Source: Desulfobacterales bacterium (GTDB taxonomy: Bacteria; Desulfobacterota; Desulfobacteria; Desulfobacterales; UBA2174). Taken from it: DNA of 64,000 bases. The notes below the pieces were generated by a model. It worked only from the letters and a program-made list of their open reading frames with translations. It was not told the origin of the DNA and searched no databases. The stretch is taken from assembly GCA_963668645.2 (NCBI GenBank), contig CAXXWC010000018.1:128001-192000 (forward strand), given 5' to 3'. The position numbers were made by a program, and so were the translations under genes. Shown here in pieces: positions 43,954 through 54,084 of the stretch. Positions within the stretch are counted from its first letter, which is position 1, and the number at the start of each line of letters is the position of its first letter.

Positions 43954-46441
43954 ATGAGCGCCGAAAATCTAGATCGAATTCTCAGCCCCCGGTCGGTGGC
44001 GGTCATCGGTGCCGGGTGCGACAACAACGGCCTCGGCACCTTTCTGCTGGCCAACCTGAAAGGTAGCGGTTTTCGAGGGGATATTTACCCCGTCGGGTTC
44101 GAGGCGGCCCCGAAAACGGGCGGGTGCTCCCGTTTTGAGTTGTCCGCCTTGCCGCGCGACGTCGATCTGGCCGTTATCGCCGGACCCATCGGAGACGCTC
44201 CGGCCCGCATAGCCGAGTGCGCCGCCATGGGAATGGCCGGGGCCCTGATCGTCTCTCCGGAGGGCCGCGAAACGGCCAACGGGGGCCGGGGCATCCTGGC
44301 CGCCATCCGAGAGGCCGCCGGTGCGGGTTTTCGCATCATCGGTCCCAACAGCGCCGGACTGGTCAACACCCGCGCCGGTTTAAAACGCCGGTTTTTGCGA
44401 TTCGATTCCCGCGACCGGTCGCATCGCCCTGATTTCCCAGAGCGGGGCCATTCTCACCGCGGTTCTCGATCTGGCCCAGCGCGAGGGGATCGGTTTCAGC
44501 TATTGTGTGGGCGTCGGGTCGATGCTGGATGTGGATTTTGCCGACCTGATCGATGTGCTGGGCAGCGACAGCCAGGTTTCGGCCATCGTGATCTACGTGG
44601 AGCGGTTGCAGCGCATCCGCCAGTTCATGAGCGCGGCCCGTTCAGTGTCGCGCGTCAAGCCGATCATCGCCCTCAAGGCCGGCCGCAACCAGGCCCAGGC
44701 GCAAACCGTGGCCTGGCATACCGGTGCCCCGGGCAGCCACGACGACGTTTACGAGGCCGCCTTCAGGCGCGCCGGAATCTTAAGGGTCAAGACCTTCGAA
44801 GAGCTGTTCGACTGTGCCGAACTGCTCGCCAAGCAGCCGCGCACCGTGGGGCAGGGGCTGGCCATCGTCACCAACGCCTGCGGCCCGGCCATCATGGCCG
44901 CCGATGTCCTCTGCGACCGCGGGCTGGATCCGGTCACCCTGACCGCCGGGACCCTCGAGAGCCTGGACGCCGTACTTGCGGCCGGCTGGAACCGGGCCAA
45001 TCCGATCAATGTGCCGGGAAGCGTGGCGGCCGAGATCTACTGCCAGATAGTGGAAATCTGCCTGGCGGCACGGGAGATCGACGCCCTGCTGCTGATCTTC
45101 GCGCCGGTGGGGCCGGTCGATCCGGTCCAGCTGGCCCAGCGTCTGACCGCACTGCTGGCCGGCCGGCCCAATCCGGTCTTCACCGTCTGGATGGGCGGCA
45201 GTCGGGTGGACCCGGCCCGCCAGCTGCTCAACCAGGCCGGGGTCATTACCTTCGATACCCCCGAACGGGCCGTGCGCGCGTATACCGACCTGGTCCACCA
45301 CGGGCGCAACATCGAAATGCTCCAGGCGGTTCCCTCACGTATTGCTCGGCAACTGACCTATGACCGCACCGCTGCCGAGGCGGTTCTGCCAAAATCTTTG
45401 ACGGGCGAATACCGGTTGAGCAGCGGCCAGGCTCGTGCCCTGATCGGGGCCTACGGGATTCCCCCCGTTATTCCCGCATCGCCGGGTGCCGAACCGTTGC
45501 CACCGGGCGGCCTGTCTTCAGCAGCCGAATGCCACCTCTTTCTGGGGGCCCGGCGCGATGCGGATTTTGGTTCCCTTCTGGTTTTCGGCGGGGCCGGCCC
45601 TTATGCGTCCGTGATGGCCGACCGGGCCATGGCCTTTCCGCCCCTCAACCGTCTTCTGGCCCGGCGTTTGATGGAAGAGACCCGCGTCTACCAGCTTCTG
45701 GCCGGGAAGGATGGCCCGGACGGGGGAAACCTCTTTCTGATCGAGGAAATATTGATCCGGCTGGGACAGTTGGTGAGCGATTTTCCCCAGATCAAGGATT
45801 TGAAAATCGACCCCCTATGCCTGTCGGCCGGTTCGGCGTGGGCGGTAGACGTGGACGTGACCCTGGCCCCAGCGGCCCTCGGCGCGCCGCACCACATGGC
45901 CATCAGCGCCTATCCCTGGCAGTATGAGACCCACACCGTGTGCAAAGGGGGGCTGGAGGTTTTTATCCGGCCGATCCGCCCCGAGGATGCCCCCATGCTG
46001 CTGGAGGTCTTCGAAGCTTTGTCCCAGCGCAGCGTTTATTTGCGCTTTTTTTCGCCGATCAAGCACCTGTCGCCATCCATGCTGGTGCGCCTGACCCAGA
46101 TCGACTACGACCGGGAAATCGCCCTGGTGGCCATCCGGCCGGATCCGGAAAAAGAACGGATGGTCGGCGTGGGAAGGGTGATTGCCACCCGCAACCCGAG
46201 GCTGGCGGAATTTTCCATCCTGGTAAGTGATGCCTGGCAGGGGCTGGGGATCGGCGCCACATTGCTCCAGCGTTGCCTGGCCATCGCCCGGGATCATGGG
46301 ATCGAGAAGGTCTGGGGCGTGGTTCTGGCGGAAAACGGCGAAATGTTGGCGCTGGGCCGCAAACTCGGCTTTTCCGTGAAGCGGGCCGGCGGCGCGGAGT
46401 ACGAAATGACCATTGATCTGACCGCGGAAAGGACCGCCTGA
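43954..46441 (+). pseudogene. Bifunctional acetate-CoA ligase-like / GNAT protein lysine acetyltransferase (Pat/PatZ-like) with +1 frameshift at A4 run (44382-44385)
   Basis: PRSVAVIGA and IIGPNSAG. Removing one A restores GLNAGF...GRIALISQSGA and joins ORF 44507..46441 (KPIIALKAGR, NPINV, TQIDYDREIA, WQGLGIG). May be a sequencing error. Confidence 0.82.
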
Positions 46442-46442
46442 G

Positions 46443-46823
46443 GTGATCCCACGCTTTCAAATCCTCGTGGCGGACCGCAATCCCAATGTACGCCGTTTTC
46501 TGAGTCGTGAACTTGCGGCCGCCGGTTTCGAGGTGCAAGCCTTTGAAAGCGCCCGCGGACTGATCCAGAGCCTCGAACAGAAACCCAAGCCCGATCTGGT
46601 GGTCCTGGATCCGGACCTGCCGGATGCGGACGGCCCGTCGCTGATCGAGGCCTTTCAGCGCCAGGCGCCCAGTGTTCCCCTGGTGATTCATACTTTTCTG
46701 TCGGACTGGAACGGCTCGGCCCAGCAGATGACCCGGGCTGCGGCCTTTGTTGAAAAGGGCGCCAACAGCATCGAAAACCTCATCCGTGAAGTGCGGCGTC
46801 TCTGTTTACGGCCGGATTCGTAA
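46443..46823 (+). CDS. Stand-alone response regulator receiver protein
   Basis: ILVAD, PDLVVLD..LPD.DG and FVEK motifs. Confidence 0.85.
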   Translation: MIPRFQILVADRNPNVRRFLSRELAAAGFEVQAFESARGLIQSLEQKPKPDLVVLDPDLPDADGPSLIEAFQRQAPSVPLVIHTFLSDWNGSAQQMTRAAAFVEKGANSIENLIREVRRLCLRPDS

Positions 46824-46909
46824 AAACCGGTCTGGCCAGTCGGGAAAAAATGGTTTTTCATGTGGCGCCGGCCACGATTCGATTTCAATAAAACATCAAG
46901 AGAGGACGC

Positions 46910-48400
46910 ATGCCTTCCATCAACGGTTTTCCCATCCTGACGCCCGAAGAGGCAGTGGCCGAAATGAAGCACGGTGAAACTGTCTCTTTTAGTGGATTTA
47001 CACCGGCCGGGGCCGCCAAGGTGGTGCCCCAGGCCCTGGCGGCCCGTGCCCGCAATGAACACGAGGCCGGGCGCCCGTTCAAGGTCCGGGTGCTGACCGG
47101 GGCTTCGAGCGGCCATGTCATCGATGACGAACTGGCCCGGGCCGATTCGGTGGCCTGGCGCGCCCCATACCAGAGCGGCGCCGCCATGCGCCGGCAGATC
47201 AACGACGGCAGCGTCGAATACGTGGACATGCATCTGTCCCACGTCCCCCAGACGGTCCAGTTCGGTTTTTTCGGCCGCATCGACATGGCGGTGGTCGAAG
47301 CCACCGAGGTTACGGCGGACGGGCGGGTATTTCTGACCACTTCCATCGGGGCCTCGCCCACCTATCTGCAGTGTGCCGAACGGGTGGTGATCGAAATCAA
47401 CCGGCGCCACTCGCCGCGATTGCGGGAGATGGCCGATATCCTGACCCTGCCCCTTCCGCCGCACCGGACGCCGATTCAGATCTACGACCCGCTGGGCCGG
47501 ATCGGGTTCCCCTACGCCGTGGTCGACCCGCGCAAGATCGTCGGGGTGGTGGAAAACGACGCCTTCGACGACGTGGCCGCCTTCAGCGCCCCGGATGAAA
47601 ACGGGCGGCGCATCGCCGAACATGTGGTGGAGTTTTTGATCAACGAGATGCGCTGCGGGCGGATCCCGGCCGATTTTCTGCCGCTGCAGGCCGGGGTGGG
47701 CAACGTGGCCAACGGGGTCCTGGCGGCCCTGGGGAACCACCCGCAGATTCCGCCCTTCAAGATGTACAGCGAGGTCTACCAGGACGCCATGATCGATCTG
47801 ATGCTCGAGGGCAAGCTGCTCGGGGCCAGCGCCACGGCCCTGACGATCACCACCGAAAAACTGGCCGAGGTGGTGGACAAGATCGATTTTTTCTCACGGC
47901 GCATCGTGCTGCGCTCCCAGGAAATTTCCAACCATCCAGGGATTATCCGGCGCCTGGGGGTGGTGGCGATGAATACGGCACTGGAAGCGGACATCTACGG
48001 CAACGTGAACAGTTCGCACCTTTGCGGCAGTCATATCGTCAACGGAATCGGCGGCAGCGGCGAGTTCACCCGCAACAGCTACCTGTCGATTTTCATGGCC
48101 CCTTCCATCGCCAAGGGCGGCCGCATTTCGACCATCGTGCCCATGGTGCCCCACGTGGACAGCAACGAGCACTCGGTCCAGGTTCTGGTCACCGAACAGG
48201 GCCTGGCCGACCTGCGCGGCCTGGGGCCCATGCAGCGGGCCCGGACCATCATCGACAACTGTGCCCATCCCAGCTATCGCGACTATCTCAACGATTATCT
48301 GGCCTGTGCTCCGCCGGGGCATATCCGCCATGACCTGAACCGCTGCTTCGAGCTGCACCGCAACCTGATGGAGACCGGCGCCATGCTGCCGGCAAAGTAA
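46910..48400 (+). CDS. Acetyl-CoA hydrolase / succinyl-CoA:acetate CoA-transferase (AarC/ScpC-like)
   Basis: SGFTPAG..K, DMHLS, PLQAGVGN, catalytic YSEV, NGIGGSG.F and VTEQGLADLRGL motifs. Confidence 0.93.
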   Translation: MPSINGFPILTPEEAVAEMKHGETVSFSGFTPAGAAKVVPQALAARARNEHEAGRPFKVRVLTGASSGHVIDDELARADSVAWRAPYQSGAAMRRQINDGSVEYVDMHLSHVPQTVQFGFFGRIDMAVVEATEVTADGRVFLTTSIGASPTYLQCAERVVIEINRRHSPRLREMADILTLPLPPHRTPIQIYDPLGRIGFPYAVVDPRKIVGVVENDAFDDVAAFSAPDENGRRIAEHVVEFLINEMRCGRIPADFLPLQAGVGNVANGVLAALGNHPQIPPFKMYSEVYQDAMIDLMLEGKLLGASATALTITTEKLAEVVDKIDFFSRRIVLRSQEISNHPGIIRRLGVVAMNTALEADIYGNVNSSHLCGSHIVNGIGGSGEFTRNSYLSIFMAPSIAKGGRISTIVPMVPHVDSNEHSVQVLVTEQGLADLRGLGPMQRARTIIDNCAHPSYRDYLNDYLACAPPGHIRHDLNRCFELHRNLMETGAMLPAK

Positions 48401-48467
48401 ACCTGACCGCCGGGGATTTTTTTGTGCGGCGGCGTCCGGGCGGTTGCCGCGGAGAAAAGAGCGAGCG

Positions 48468-50135
48468 ATGAAAACCAAACTGTACCGCAGCCTGCAGCAT
48501 CGCATGGCGGCCATCACCCTGGTGGTTTCCATCGCGCCCCTGGTGATTCTCGGCGCCGTGATCTACTTTCAGTACGTCAAGGTCTTCGAGGCCCGCATTC
48601 AGGACCAGGTGCGTCACCTGGCCAGCTCCCAGAGCAATGCGGTGGATGTCTTTCTGCACGAACGGGCCACCATCCTTTCGATTATCGTGGACACCCACAG
48701 CTTCGAGGAACTGCGGGAAACCGAGGCCCTCAACCGGCTTTTCGAGATGATCAACCGCCGCTCCGACGGTCTGGGGCTGGTGGATCTGGGGGTCATCGAC
48801 GGCCAGGGCCGCCATCTGGCCTATGCCGGCCCTTACAATCTGAGCGGGCTGCGCTACGACCAGCAGCCCTGGTTCGGCGAAGTGATGAGCCGGGGCAAGT
48901 ACATCAGCGATGTCTACACCGGGTTTCGCCAACTGCCCCATTTTATCATCGCCATCAGGGGCCACAGTCCGAACGGTCCATGGATTCTGCGGGCGACCAT
49001 CGATTCGAACATCTTCAACCGCCTGGTGCGCAGCGCCCAGGCCGGCCAGTCGGGAGACGCCTATATCATCAACGCCGAGGGGATCTACCAGAGCGAGCCG
49101 CGCTTCGGGGGCCAGGTGCTGGACCAGGCCCCGCTACAACCCCGCAGCTTCGGTGAGGGGGCCAACGTGCTGCGCCGCGAGAACGCGGATGGGTCGGTGG
49201 AGTTCGTGGCCGGGGCCTGGCTCAAGAGCAAGGATTGGCTGCTGGTGGTCAGCCAGGGGGGCAACGAACAGATGGGCGGCCTGATCCAGACCCGGGAGAC
49301 AGAGATCGTCATCATTCTCTTCGGCTGTGTGGCCATCATGATCGCCACCATGATCACTACCCGCCAGATCGTGGCCCGGCTGGAGACTTCGGACCGGGAC
49401 CTGAACGAACTCAACGCGCAGCTGCTGCAGCGCGACAAGATGGCCGCCCTGGGTAAGATGGCGGCCGGCATCGCCCACGAGATCAACAACCCCCTGGCCG
49501 TCATCGGCGAAAAGGCCGGCTGGATGCGCGATCTGCTCGACGATGAGGAATTTCAGCAAAGCCCCAATCTAACCGAGTATCGCAGCTCGCTGGAAAAGAT
49601 CGAGCACCATGTGGAGCGGGCCCGTAAGATCACCCACAACATGCTCGGGTTCGCCCGCCGCATGGAACCCCATCTCGACGATGTGGATGTCAACGAGATC
49701 CTGATGCAGACGCTGGACTTGCTGCAAAATCACGCGCGCATCAACAACATCCGCATCGCCTCGGACCTGGCGTCCGATCTGCCGGTTATCGCCAGCGATC
49801 AGAGCCAGTTGCAGCAAGTCTTCCTCAACCTGCTCAACAACGCCATCGACGCCATCGGCAAGGACGGCGTCATCCAGTGTGCCACCACGCGCACCAGGGA
49901 CGAGATCGTGGTTTCGATCGCCGACGACGGGCCGGGGATTTCTCCCGAGCATCGTCACCGGGTCTTCGATCCCTTCTTTACCACCAAGGATCCGGGAAAA
50001 GGCACCGGCCTCGGTCTGGCCATCAGCTATCAGATCATCGAGAAGATGAGGGGCCGGATCCTGATGGAAAACGTGGAACCCCACGGCACCCGGGTGGCGG
50101 TGCACCTGCCGATCGTTCTGCCGGAAAAAAAGTGA
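48468..50135 (+). CDS. Sensor histidine kinase with extracytoplasmic Cache-like domain (NtrB-like transmitter)
   Basis: Two TM segments; H-box AHEINNPL; N-box QVFLNLLNNA; DDGPG, FDPFFTTK and GTGLGL. Confidence 0.93.
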   Translation: MKTKLYRSLQHRMAAITLVVSIAPLVILGAVIYFQYVKVFEARIQDQVRHLASSQSNAVDVFLHERATILSIIVDTHSFEELRETEALNRLFEMINRRSDGLGLVDLGVIDGQGRHLAYAGPYNLSGLRYDQQPWFGEVMSRGKYISDVYTGFRQLPHFIIAIRGHSPNGPWILRATIDSNIFNRLVRSAQAGQSGDAYIINAEGIYQSEPRFGGQVLDQAPLQPRSFGEGANVLRRENADGSVEFVAGAWLKSKDWLLVVSQGGNEQMGGLIQTRETEIVIILFGCVAIMIATMITTRQIVARLETSDRDLNELNAQLLQRDKMAALGKMAAGIAHEINNPLAVIGEKAGWMRDLLDDEEFQQSPNLTEYRSSLEKIEHHVERARKITHNMLGFARRMEPHLDDVDVNEILMQTLDLLQNHARINNIRIASDLASDLPVIASDQSQLQQVFLNLLNNAIDAIGKDGVIQCATTRTRDEIVVSIADDGPGISPEHRHRVFDPFFTTKDPGKGTGLGLAISYQIIEKMRGRILMENVEPHGTRVAVHLPIVLPEKK

Positions 50136-50145
50136 GGAGAGGGCC

Positions 50146-50529
50146 ATGGAAGAGCGCAAGATTCTGGTGGTGGACGATGAGGTCGATTTTCTCGAAACCC
50201 TCGTCAATCGCCTACGCAAACGCAACATGACGGCCCGCGGGGTCAGCAGCGGCGAGGACGCCCTCAGGATGCTGGATCAGGAGCCTTTCGATGTCGTGAT
50301 TCTCGACATCAAGATGCCCGGCGGGATGGACGGCATCGAGGTGCTGCGGGCCATCAAGAAGCGCCAGCCCACGGTCGAGGTTCTCCTGCTCACCGGCCAT
50401 GCATCGGTGGAAACCAGCATCGAGGGAATGAAGCTGGGTGCCTTCGACTATCTGCTGAAACCGATGCGCCTGGAAGATCTGCTTAAAAAATTGGCCGTAG
50501 CGTTTGAAAAAAAGGATGCCTTGGGGTAA
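50146..50529 (+). CDS. Stand-alone response regulator receiver protein
   Basis: ILVVDDE, DIKMPG.MDG, LTGH and DYLLKP motifs. Confidence 0.95.
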   Translation: MEERKILVVDDEVDFLETLVNRLRKRNMTARGVSSGEDALRMLDQEPFDVVILDIKMPGGMDGIEVLRAIKKRQPTVEVLLLTGHASVETSIEGMKLGAFDYLLKPMRLEDLLKKLAVAFEKKDALG

Positions 50530-50643
50530 TGTCGCCGGGGTTTGACGCCGTTCGGGCCGATCTTTTGGAGGGCCGCCCGGCGATTTTGTAAACGAATCGA
50601 CACCGAGGATATCCTTCAGCGGATAGGACCCGTCGCCAGGCGG

Positions 50644-51640
50644 ATGCAAAACAACCCTTTACCACAACCATTCCATCCCCCCCCCCGGGATCCGTTCAAG
50701 CGCCGTTCAGACCGTTCTGGCCAGTCTGCGCCTGCGCGCCCGGGGCAGCGAGCACGTTCTGAAACGGTCCCGGCGGCTGATCCTGCATGTTGCCGGCGGT
50801 ATCCGGCTGCTGGCCTTTCATACGGCCCATCCTTCCCCCCGGGCCCGGGTGATTTTGATCCACGGCTGGGAGGGCAGCAGCGATTCGACCTACGTGCGCA
50901 CCACGGCCTGTACCCTGTGGCGGGCCGGGTGCGATATCCTGCGGTTGAACCTGCGCGACCACGGGCCGAGCCATCATCTGAACCCGGGAGTCTTTCTGGC
51001 CGTTTACCTCGACGAGGTGGTCGAAGCCGCGGCCCAGGCCGCCGCTGCCACGCCCCATCTGCCGGTCTGGATCTGCGGTTTTTCCCTGGGGGGCAACTTC
51101 GCCCTGCGCATCGCGGCGCGCTGGGCCGCAGCGGCGCCGTCGAATCTCAGCCACGTGGTGGCCGTCAGTCCGGCCATCGATCCGCTTGGTACCACCGTTT
51201 GCATCGACCGCCATCCGGCCCTGCGCTGGTACTTCCGGCGCAAGTGGCAGCGCAGCCTGCGGCGCAAGCAGGCCCTTTTCCCGGGGCGCTACGATTTTTC
51301 CGGCCTCGATCCGCACATGAGCCTGATGCAGATGACGGATCATCTCATCCCCCGGGTCAGCACCTATCCGGACGCCGACACGTATCTGGCCGCCTACGCC
51401 GTCACCCCGGCCGTCTATCAACGCATCCGGGTGGCCACGACGATCGTTTCGGCGGCAGACGATCCGGTGATTCCGGTGGCCGATCTGCTCTCCTTGCCGG
51501 ACAATCCCCATGTCAGGCGCGTCATCCATGCCCATGGCGGCCACAACGGGTTTGTCGAAGCCGGCCTGCGCACCACCTGGTATGAACGCTGGATGGTGCG
51601 GGAGTTGGCAAGGAACGCCTCCGGTCCTCCTGCCCGTTGA
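50644..51640 (+). pseudogene. YheT-like alpha/beta hydrolase with frameshift at C10 tract (50677-50686)
   Basis: ATG 50644 gives MQNNPLPQPFHPPP; C9 would restore GIRSSAVQTVLAS...IHGWEGS, then GFSLGG (Ser), DDPVI (Asp) and GGHNGF (His). Confidence 0.78.
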
Positions 51641-51703
51641 ATTTTCGGCCCGCCGGCACTATGCTGCATGCCGCGGACCAACTGCCAGCCGGGATCGAAA
51701 ACC

Positions 51704-53350
51704 ATGTACCAGCACCATTTCGGACTCAAGGAACGCCCCTTCCGTCTCGTTCCGGATCCGGCTTACCTTTTCATGGGGGGCAGCCAGCGCGAAGCCATGG
51801 CGCACCTGGCCTACGCCGTGCAATCCGGGGACGGGTTCGCCACCCTGATCGGAGAGGTGGGGTGCGGCAAGACCACCTTGTGCCGGGCGTTTCTCGAACA
51901 GTTGGACCCCGGCGTCAACTCGGCTTACATCTTCAACCCCCCGGCCGATCCGCTGGATCTGATGCGCTCGGTCAACCGCGACTTCGGTCTGGAAAAGGGC
52001 GGCGAGCGGCTCCAGGATCTGGTCGAGGAACTCAACCGCTTTCTGATTGGGGAAAAGGCCGCCGGGCGCACCGCACTGCTGATGATCGACGAGGCCCAGC
52101 GCCTCGACCGGGCGGTGCTGGAACAGATCCGCCTGCTTTCCAACCTGGAAACCACCCGCAGTAAGCTGCTGCTCATCATCCTGGCCGGACAGCCGGAGCT
52201 CGAAGCGACCCTGGCGGCCCACGAGCTGCGCCAGTTGCGCCAGCGCATCACGGTCAGTTGCCGCTTGAAACCCCTGACCGCGGCCGAGACCGGCGCTTAT
52301 ATCCGCCACCGTTTAGCCCTGGCCGCCGCCGGAGTGCCGGTGGCATTTACCGCCGCGGCGCTACGGGTGATCTTCGCCTTTTCCAAGGGGATTCCCCGCC
52401 GGATCAACCTGGGATGCGACCGGGCCCTGATATGCGCCTATGCCTCCGGTGCCGGGCGTGTCGACCGCGCTATGGCCCGCCGGGCCGTCAGAGAACTGCA
52501 AACAGACGCCCCGGTGCGCAGCTCCCGCCCATGGCCCTCACCGGTTCTGCTCACGGCGCTGCTGGCGGCGCTGCTGGCCCTGGGGCTCAACCTGAAGGTG
52601 AACCGGCCGGCCGAGCGGAATCTCGCCCGCCTTTCGGTGGCGTCCCGGACGCCCGCAGCGGCCCCGGCCACCTTGCAGGAGACCGCCGCGGCCGCAAGCG
52701 TGATCCATCAGGACCCCTGGGCCTTGGACCGCCGCCAGGCCCTGGAAGCCCTTTTGGCGCTCTGGAATCTGGCCGCCGTGGTGCCGGACCGGTCCCCGGC
52801 CGATGATCCTTCCTTTCTCGAAGCGTATTGTGAACCGCTGGGATTGGCGGTCTATCCGGTGGACGACCTGCCAATGGTGGAACGGCTCAACCTGCCGGCG
52901 ATCCTGGTCTTGGACAGGAGCGAGGACCGTTACGGCGTGCTTTGCAGCGTACAGGCGGATCGCTATCTGCTGGCCGGTGCCCGGGGGGAGCGTCATCCAC
53001 TGACTCATGATGGGCTTCAATCCACCTGGACCGGCAAGGCCTATGTGCTGTGGCGCGATTATTACGCCCTGAGCGGGCGGATTCCGGGCGAGGCCGGGGC
53101 CGCTGCGGTCCTCAACCTCAAGACGATGCTGCGCGAACTGGGCTACACGGACATCGACAGGCGTGCGGGCTTCGACGATGCCACCCGGCGCGCCGTGGTC
53201 GATTTCCAGACCCGCGTGGGGCTGCCGGCCGACGGGGTGGTGGGCCCCCAGACCAAGATCGCCCTCTACAATACCCGGCCCGAGCTGGCCATCCCTCTTT
53301 TGCGCCCCTTGGCGCCGATTCAGCGGGCCGTGCCGCGGGAGGCCACTTGA
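51704..53350 (+). CDS. exeA: ExeA/GspA ATPase with C-terminal peptidoglycan-binding domain
   Basis: MY..HFGL.ERPF...PDP, GEVGCGKT, IDEAQ, GQPEL and QLRQRI; C-terminal AVVDFQ...GL..DGVVGP.T. Confidence 0.92.
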   Translation: MYQHHFGLKERPFRLVPDPAYLFMGGSQREAMAHLAYAVQSGDGFATLIGEVGCGKTTLCRAFLEQLDPGVNSAYIFNPPADPLDLMRSVNRDFGLEKGGERLQDLVEELNRFLIGEKAAGRTALLMIDEAQRLDRAVLEQIRLLSNLETTRSKLLLIILAGQPELEATLAAHELRQLRQRITVSCRLKPLTAAETGAYIRHRLALAAAGVPVAFTAAALRVIFAFSKGIPRRINLGCDRALICAYASGAGRVDRAMARRAVRELQTDAPVRSSRPWPSPVLLTALLAALLALGLNLKVNRPAERNLARLSVASRTPAAAPATLQETAAAASVIHQDPWALDRRQALEALLALWNLAAVVPDRSPADDPSFLEAYCEPLGLAVYPVDDLPMVERLNLPAILVLDRSEDRYGVLCSVQADRYLLAGARGERHPLTHDGLQSTWTGKAYVLWRDYYALSGRIPGEAGAAAVLNLKTMLRELGYTDIDRRAGFDDATRRAVVDFQTRVGLPADGVVGPQTKIALYNTRPELAIPLLRPLAPIQRAVPREAT

Positions 53351-54018
53351 GCAGTATCCTGACCGCCCTCAAGCGCCTGGAGACCGAAGCCGAGCCGGCT
53401 GCCGGAAGCACCCTGCCGGACTGGCTGAACCAGCCCGAGGCAGTGCCGGGCCGGCTGGCTCGGATCCAGGCCTTTTTCAATGTTACCGGCCGCTGGTGGT
53501 TGGTGGCCGCCATGGTGCTGGCCGCGGCGGCGGCGCTGGCGGCCGTCTGGATCACGCAGCCGGTTCCCGAGCCGTTGCGGGCCGGGGCCGGACCGAAGGC
53601 TGTATCCCCGGTCAGGCCGGCGCCGGCTAAGGCTCCGGTCCAGCCCCCGGCCCATTCCGCCCTCCCGGCAGTAGTCCCCCCGCAGTCCAGGCCGGTTCCA
53701 ACCGGCACTTCCCCACCGGTGATGCCCTGGGCCCAAACCGCTCCTCCCCCGGTGCAGGCGACCTCCAAGGCCGTTCCAGCCGGGCCTGCTGCACCGGCAT
53801 CGCCCGTCCTTGCACCGCCGCCGGCCCCTGCCGGCCTGACCCTCCAGGCGATTTCCTGGGCCCCCGGGGCGGAAAGCCGCATCGCTGTGGTCAACGGTCA
53901 GATTTTACATCTGGGTGGCGAGATCGACGGGTACCGGGTCAAGGCGATCGAACCCGATGCGGTCACTGTCTGCCGCGGGGGGGAGTGTTTTGGTCTGGCC
54001 TTCGACGTGGCGCGGTGA
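53347..54018 (+). CDS. exeB: ExeB/GspB
   Basis: TTG start overlapping the exeA stop; MSSIL.ALKRLE, one TM, Pro-rich linker and C-terminal LQAISW....RIAVVNG. Confidence 0.85.
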   Translation: MSSILTALKRLETEAEPAAGSTLPDWLNQPEAVPGRLARIQAFFNVTGRWWLVAAMVLAAAAALAAVWITQPVPEPLRAGAGPKAVSPVRPAPAKAPVQPPAHSALPAVVPPQSRPVPTGTSPPVMPWAQTAPPPVQATSKAVPAGPAAPASPVLAPPPAPAGLTLQAISWAPGAESRIAVVNGQILHLGGEIDGYRVKAIEPDAVTVCRGGECFGLAFDVAR

Positions 54019-54084
54019 GCGGCGGTCTTCGATCAGGGTTCGTCCTTTGCGGGGGCTGATGGCATTCCCGATCCGAAACCCGTA

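Noticed and set aside
43924..45363. 479 aa ORF as an independent gene
   Set aside because: Only the part before 44382 is Pat-like; the rest is out-of-frame read-through after the A4 frameshift.
50542..51585. 347 aa ORF as a gene
   Set aside because: It shares only the short true N-terminus of the hydrolase before the C10 tract; the rest is out of frame.
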